64,000 nt of DNA. Source: an uncultured virus (IMG/VR IMGVR_UViG_3300032069_000862). Lineage: Duplodnaviria; Heunggongvirae; Uroviricota; Caudoviricetes. Below the pieces are notes generated by a model. The model saw nothing but the letters and a program-made list of their open reading frames with translations, was not told the origin of the DNA and made no database searches. Where the stretch lies: IMG/VR virus record IMGVR_UViG_3300032069_000862. One strand, given 5' to 3'. Of the stretch, positions 60,027 to 64,000 are shown piece after piece. Position 1 is the stretch's first letter. Each line of letters opens with the position of its first letter. The translations under genes were made by a program, and so were the position numbers.

Positions 60027-60563
60027 ATGCCAAAACAAAAATTTGGAATAATTGACGAAATCGAGTGGGTTCATAGAGACAAGAACGGTAAAGTCATTAA
60101 GAGATACAATAGTGATAGTTGGCAGAATCGCTTATTGAGAGCACTGCATTTGAAAAGGCATGAATTAATAGTTGCTGTTGGAATGGCAAATGTGGCTGGA
60201 TTGATACTAACGGATATTGGCGGAACTGCTTATGACTATATTGGTATTGGAACTGGAACAACCGCCCCATCAGTTAATGATACAGCATTAGGAAATCAGA
60301 AAAGCAGATTAGCCGCAGTAGGCACAAGAGTTACCACTACATATACGAATGATACGGCTAAATTAGTGGTCACATTCAGTAAAGCCAATGATGCTGGCTT
60401 AACTGGCACAATGGATATAACTGAAGTAGGCGTGTTCTACGATGCAGAGGGCGTTACAGTATCAATGCTTTGGAGACAGACTTTCACTGCTGAATCAATG
60501 AACTGGGACGCTGGCGATACACTCGAAATGACTTGTAAGACACAGATAAAGCAAGGAACGTAA
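60027..60563 (+). CDS. virion structural protein (fibre-anchor-like)
   Basis: YIGIGTGTTAP...DTAL, ITEVGVF, GDTL. Confidence 0.65.
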   Translation: MPKQKFGIIDEIEWVHRDKNGKVIKRYNSDSWQNRLLRALHLKRHELIVAVGMANVAGLILTDIGGTAYDYIGIGTGTTAPSVNDTALGNQKSRLAAVGTRVTTTYTNDTAKLVVTFSKANDAGLTGTMDITEVGVFYDAEGVTVSMLWRQTFTAESMNWDAGDTLEMTCKTQIKQGT

Positions 60564-60777
60564 AAATTTAAATCCTGATGAGGATTGCTACACTTTGCCA
60601 CTTAGAAAGATAGGTCAACCATTATAAGGTGATAAGACATTTACCATCAAAATCCAAGTGAAACAAGGATGATTTTCCAAAAATTAGAGGGTTCAAGGCA
60701 ATGCAAAAGGAATAACAACGAGTGCTACTACTATTTCCGTAACATTAAATTTAATTCCAAATTTGTAGTCACCTCTG

Positions 60778-61980
60778 GTGCTGGTGCAAATGGCTATTAT
60801 TGATTCTTTTACTAGTTCTTATAGTGGCACGACTCCTTTTTATGCAGTTCACCCTTCGAGTAGCACATATCAGAGTGCAAATGGTCAAAGTTTTGTTACT
60901 CCTGCTTCTTCTCAATATGTTTTGGATTCAGTTGTGTTTAAGTTAAAAAAAGTATTAGCTCCTGATGGGGTGGTGGTTGTGCGGTTGTATGCTCATTCTG
61001 GAACTTACGGAACTTCATCTGTTCCAAGCGGGGCTGCGTTAGCGGAAAGTGATGAGATAAGTATGGCTACAATTCCAACTTCAGCAACAGATATTACTTT
61101 TGTTTTTAGTGGCGTTAATCGTGTTACGTTGAGTGTGAACACTCATTATTGTGTTGCTGTTGTTGTTAAGTCTGCGACTTTGATAAACACGAGTAATTAT
61201 ATTGTTATTTATAGGAGCACCGCAAGTGGTCATGGTGGTAATTTCTTTTCGTATTATAGTTCTGCTTGGAATGCGAAGAGCTCCTATGATGCTTATTTTA
61301 TTGTTTATGGTGTGTTAGGTTATACCGCTAAGACTAAGACAATAACAGAATTGCTTGGCGGATTAGACAGTAAATCCCGAATTAAATCAATTCATAGAAC
61401 TATGACTGAATTATTAGGCGGATTAGACGTTAAAAGTTGGGTTCATGGACGCTATAAAACTATAACAGAGTTACTTGGTTTAACAGATACTAAGTCAAGA
61501 ATTAAATCTTATTATAGAGTATTTAATGAAATTTTAGGACTGAAAGATGTTTATAGTAGAATAAAATCAATTCATAGAATTGTTACAGAACTATTAGGCA
61601 CATTGGATACAAGTGCATGGGAAATTACAGGAAAGAAGGCAAAAATCGCAGGAAAAACAGTAATCGAAGAAATAGAATTATTAACAGGAATAAAAATTCC
61701 AATCATGTTCTCTAGGCAATACAACATACTAAGTCTTCTATCCGATTTATCATCCGCTCAATTGCAAGAAATTTTAGAAGCAAAATCCGATTATGCTAAA
61801 GCAGTTATGTTAGACCTGTTTCAAATGGACTTGCCAATCAATTACAGGAAACTTGATGAATCAATCGCTAAATTAACCGCATCCCTGAAATATCATAAAG
61901 ACGAACAATTACTCAAAATTCTAATTAATTTGATAACGTTAAAAGAAATCCTTGACTTCCTTGACGACACTTATGATTAA
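60778..61980 (+). CDS. fibre-like protein with ~21-aa repeats
   Basis: N-terminal jelly-roll (GQSF.TP); five T[IM]TELLG..D.KSR-type repeats. Confidence 0.6.
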   Translation: MLVQMAIIDSFTSSYSGTTPFYAVHPSSSTYQSANGQSFVTPASSQYVLDSVVFKLKKVLAPDGVVVVRLYAHSGTYGTSSVPSGAALAESDEISMATIPTSATDITFVFSGVNRVTLSVNTHYCVAVVVKSATLINTSNYIVIYRSTASGHGGNFFSYYSSAWNAKSSYDAYFIVYGVLGYTAKTKTITELLGGLDSKSRIKSIHRTMTELLGGLDVKSWVHGRYKTITELLGLTDTKSRIKSYYRVFNEILGLKDVYSRIKSIHRIVTELLGTLDTSAWEITGKKAKIAGKTVIEEIELLTGIKIPIMFSRQYNILSLLSDLSSAQLQEILEAKSDYAKAVMLDLFQMDLPINYRKLDESIAKLTASLKYHKDEQLLKILINLITLKEILDFLDDTYD

Positions 61981-61981
61981 T

Positions 61982-62440
61982 CTATTGAATTACGAGTTCT
62001 TTTGCATCCTTATTATATTCGGCTTCACAAACTAGAAATTGTCCACTTATGAATACTTTTTTAATGGTTTCTAAAAATGATTTCATGTTCTTAGGTTTTA
62101 ATCCGACTCCACGAATTGAATACCAACGTTCACGTTCAGTTGACCATTCAAACTTAATTTTTGCAAGAGTTTCTTCAGTCAACGGCACAAGAGTATCTTC
62201 CTTCTTTTCTAATGTTGATACTGATTTAAGAATTTGTTCTAGACAAGGTTGACATATTAAAGTCATATCTTCCAACATGAATTTTGCTGGTTGTCTGCAA
62301 GATTTACAAACTGCATCTTTAATAAATTCAGGAACAGGTAAAACTTTCACTTTAATAGACTTCTCTGGAACATAAGTATAATTCAAAGTTTTAGATAACT
62401 TTTCTTCCTGTCCAGCCTTCAGTCTAATGAATATCTGCAC
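61982..62440 (-). CDS. Zn-finger hypothetical protein
   Basis: CKSC...CQPC. Confidence 0.55.
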   Translation of the reverse strand: MQIFIRLKAGQEEKLSKTLNYTYVPEKSIKVKVLPVPEFIKDAVCKSCRQPAKFMLEDMTLICQPCLEQILKSVSTLEKKEDTLVPLTEETLAKIKFEWSTERERWYSIRGVGLKPKNMKSFLETIKKVFISGQFLVCEAEYNKDAKELVIQ

Positions 62441-62449
62441 CTTTTCACC

Positions 62450-62863
62450 TTAGATATAAACTGTAGCCTTTTTTTTCCCCTTCGGAATCCAAATCATGTC
62501 AGCGTCATCTATTTGTTTTTCTTCAGGTTTCTCAGGATTCAGATTTTTAATGAAAATTTCACATGCACCAGTCCATTTCTTTATTCGACAAAAACCAAGT
62601 TTTTCATAAAATGGAACGACATCTTCAAGGGAATAAAGATAAATTGGCTTTTTCTTTTCTTGAGCATATCGCATTACAACTTTCAACATAATTCGTCCAT
62701 AACCCCGCATTTGAAATTTTTCGTCAACGTTCACATCTGTAATGGTTATCTGGGTTCTATCTTCCATGAATAACGTTTCGCCTATTTGTTTTCCATCTCG
62801 TGTTAGACGGCACGTTCCATCTTTTGAATCGAACCTAACTATTAACTTCATATCTAACCACAA
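62450..62863 (-). CDS. GNAT acetyltransferase
   Basis: VDEKFQMRGYG, PFYEKLGF. Confidence 0.85.
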   Translation of the reverse strand: MWLDMKLIVRFDSKDGTCRLTRDGKQIGETLFMEDRTQITITDVNVDEKFQMRGYGRIMLKVVMRYAQEKKKPIYLYSLEDVVPFYEKLGFCRIKKWTGACEIFIKNLNPEKPEEKQIDDADMIWIPKGKKKATVYI

Positions 62864-62980
62864 GAAGAATCTAATGCGTCTAAATATATAAAGATTACGG
62901 CTAATTTTAACAGTTTAATCAATTGATTAAACAACCACAATATTTAAATATCGCCGTGTCCATTCTAAATTAGTGATTCG

Positions 62981-64000
62981 ATGTTATACGTCATAAGTAG
63001 CAACTACAATCCTAAGTTAAACGCAATCGTGCTGAGACTTTATAATGATAAGACTCAGCAAATTGAAGAATGGACAGATGTAGATTATAAGGCATATTTC
63101 TTGGCGAGTGCCAAACTTGACCAACCGATAAAAGGCGTGATAAATTCAGAAGATATTATTAAGTATGATGCTCTTCAACATAAACATGTGACAATGAACA
63201 AGACATACTTGGCATATCCGTCATATGTTAAACAGACTCATGGAATGCCACAAGTTTATGAAAATCACGTTAAATTTTTCCAAGGATATATCTATGACAA
63301 GAACATTATGATGGGAATGCCATACGAAAGGAAAGATGGTAAACTCGAATTCGTGGCGGATTCAGAGGCGGAAAAACGTGTTGAACAAGTTTTGAAATTA
63401 ATGAAAATTGATGAAAATGATAAAAGTTGTTTCGAGACTTGGGCAAGATTGCTTGAGTATTCTGCTCCCAATTTTAAGAGGGCGAGTTTGGATTTAGAAA
63501 TTATGAATGAAACTGAAAATAAAGTCCCAAATGCTGAAAGTGCCAATTTACCAATTTTATGTGCGTGTCTGGCTTCGAATACTGGGGAAAGGATTGCACT
63601 CATATTACTTCGAGAAAATAAAGTTTTAGATGTCTATCCAGACTCTTGCACTCAGACTATATTTTTCTCATCCGAGATTGAACTTATCAAAATGATTTTT
63701 CGTCTGTTCAGTGAATATCCATTTATAATAACTTTCAATGGTGACGATTTTGACCTGAAATATCTTGCTATGCGAGCATTACGACTTGGAATTCCAGAAG
63801 CAGAAATTCCAATTGAAGTGAGAGATAGAATTACTTTGTTAACTAAGGGAATTCATATCGATTTATATAAATTCTTCTATATCCGAGCAATGCAAATCTA
63901 CGCCTTTCAGCAAAAATATAAAACTATTGACTTGGATACCATTTCAAAAGCATTAATTAATAAAGGTAAAATTCAGACGGATAAATGGGTCAATGACCTA
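62981..64000 (+). CDS. polB: family B DNA polymerase (PolB1-like), 5' part, runs off window
   Basis: translated by hand from ATG 62981: MLYVISSNY..., ExoI SLDLEI, ExoII TFNGDDFDLKYL, IHIDLYKFF..RAMQIYAF. Confidence 0.9.
   Translation, partial: MLYVISSNYNPKLNAIVLRLYNDKTQQIEEWTDVDYKAYFLASAKLDQPIKGVINSEDIIKYDALQHKHVTMNKTYLAYPSYVKQTHGMPQVYENHVKFFQGYIYDKNIMMGMPYERKDGKLEFVADSEAEKRVEQVLKLMKIDENDKSCFETWARLLEYSAPNFKRASLDLEIMNETENKVPNAESANLPILCACLASNTGERIALILLRENKVLDVYPDSCTQTIFFSSEIELIKMIFRLFSEYPFIITFNGDDFDLKYLAMRALRLGIPEAEIPIEVRDRITLLTKGIHIDLYKFFYIRAMQIYAFQQKYKTIDLDTISKALINKGKIQTDKWVNDL

Larger units (their letters stand above)
4616..62930. repeat. dispersed 16-bp palindrome TTAATCAATTGATTAA (27 copies)
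   Basis: perfect copies start at 5197, 5292, 8026, 8068, 8348, 9608, 11128, 11306, 13235, 15269, 15436, 15793, 15874, 16229, 23555, 23738, 24766, 36825, 41865, 62915; 1-2 mismatch copies at 4616, 11053, 11231, 16164, 16369, 41946, 42053. Confidence 0.95.

Noticed and set aside
62450..62863. GNAT C-terminus KKKATVYI as a tag member
   Set aside because: Lacks the KV core and the penultimate Leu
63292..63603. - strand ORF and similar antisense ORFs elsewhere (e.g. 6239, 24888, 35952, 59239)
   Set aside because: Shadow frames of well-supported genes on the opposite strand, here polB
1..64000. Provirus boundary or integrase
   Set aside because: No recombinase, att-like tRNA end or host housekeeping genes seen

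Overview
A 64-kb, AT-rich segment of a tailed (HK97-fold, siphovirus-like) archaeal virus genome. The TACK-type PolB1-like polymerase, RadA, BRE/TATA promoters and GGTGA ribosome-binding sites suggest a TACK host, possibly Bathyarchaeia (inference). About 1-25 kb is an accessory region of small, often Cys-rich ORFs plus a CX5R phosphatase, GT2, a ligase core, KaiC-like and HerA-like ATPases, a MoxR/vWA pair and HNH genes. About 25.8-40.3 kb (- strand) holds the tail module and TerL. About 40.5-64 kb (+ strand) mixes head, neck and portal genes with replication genes. Main unusual signals: (1) a nuclease-less IS110/Nop-domain gene (TasA-like) flanked on both sides by 36-38-nt dual-repeat TIGR-like arrays, next to a circularly permuted phosphoesterase; (2) 22 mostly unrelated small proteins sharing a C-terminal [VI]KVxL[IV] tag whose DNA doubles as the next gene's ribosome-binding site; (3) 27 copies of the 16-bp palindrome TTAATCAATTGATTAA, many just upstream of promoters; (4) two promoter-preceded structured ncRNA candidates; (5) modular tail-tip genes with a recombination scar. 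All calls are by eye from motifs; no database searches were run.
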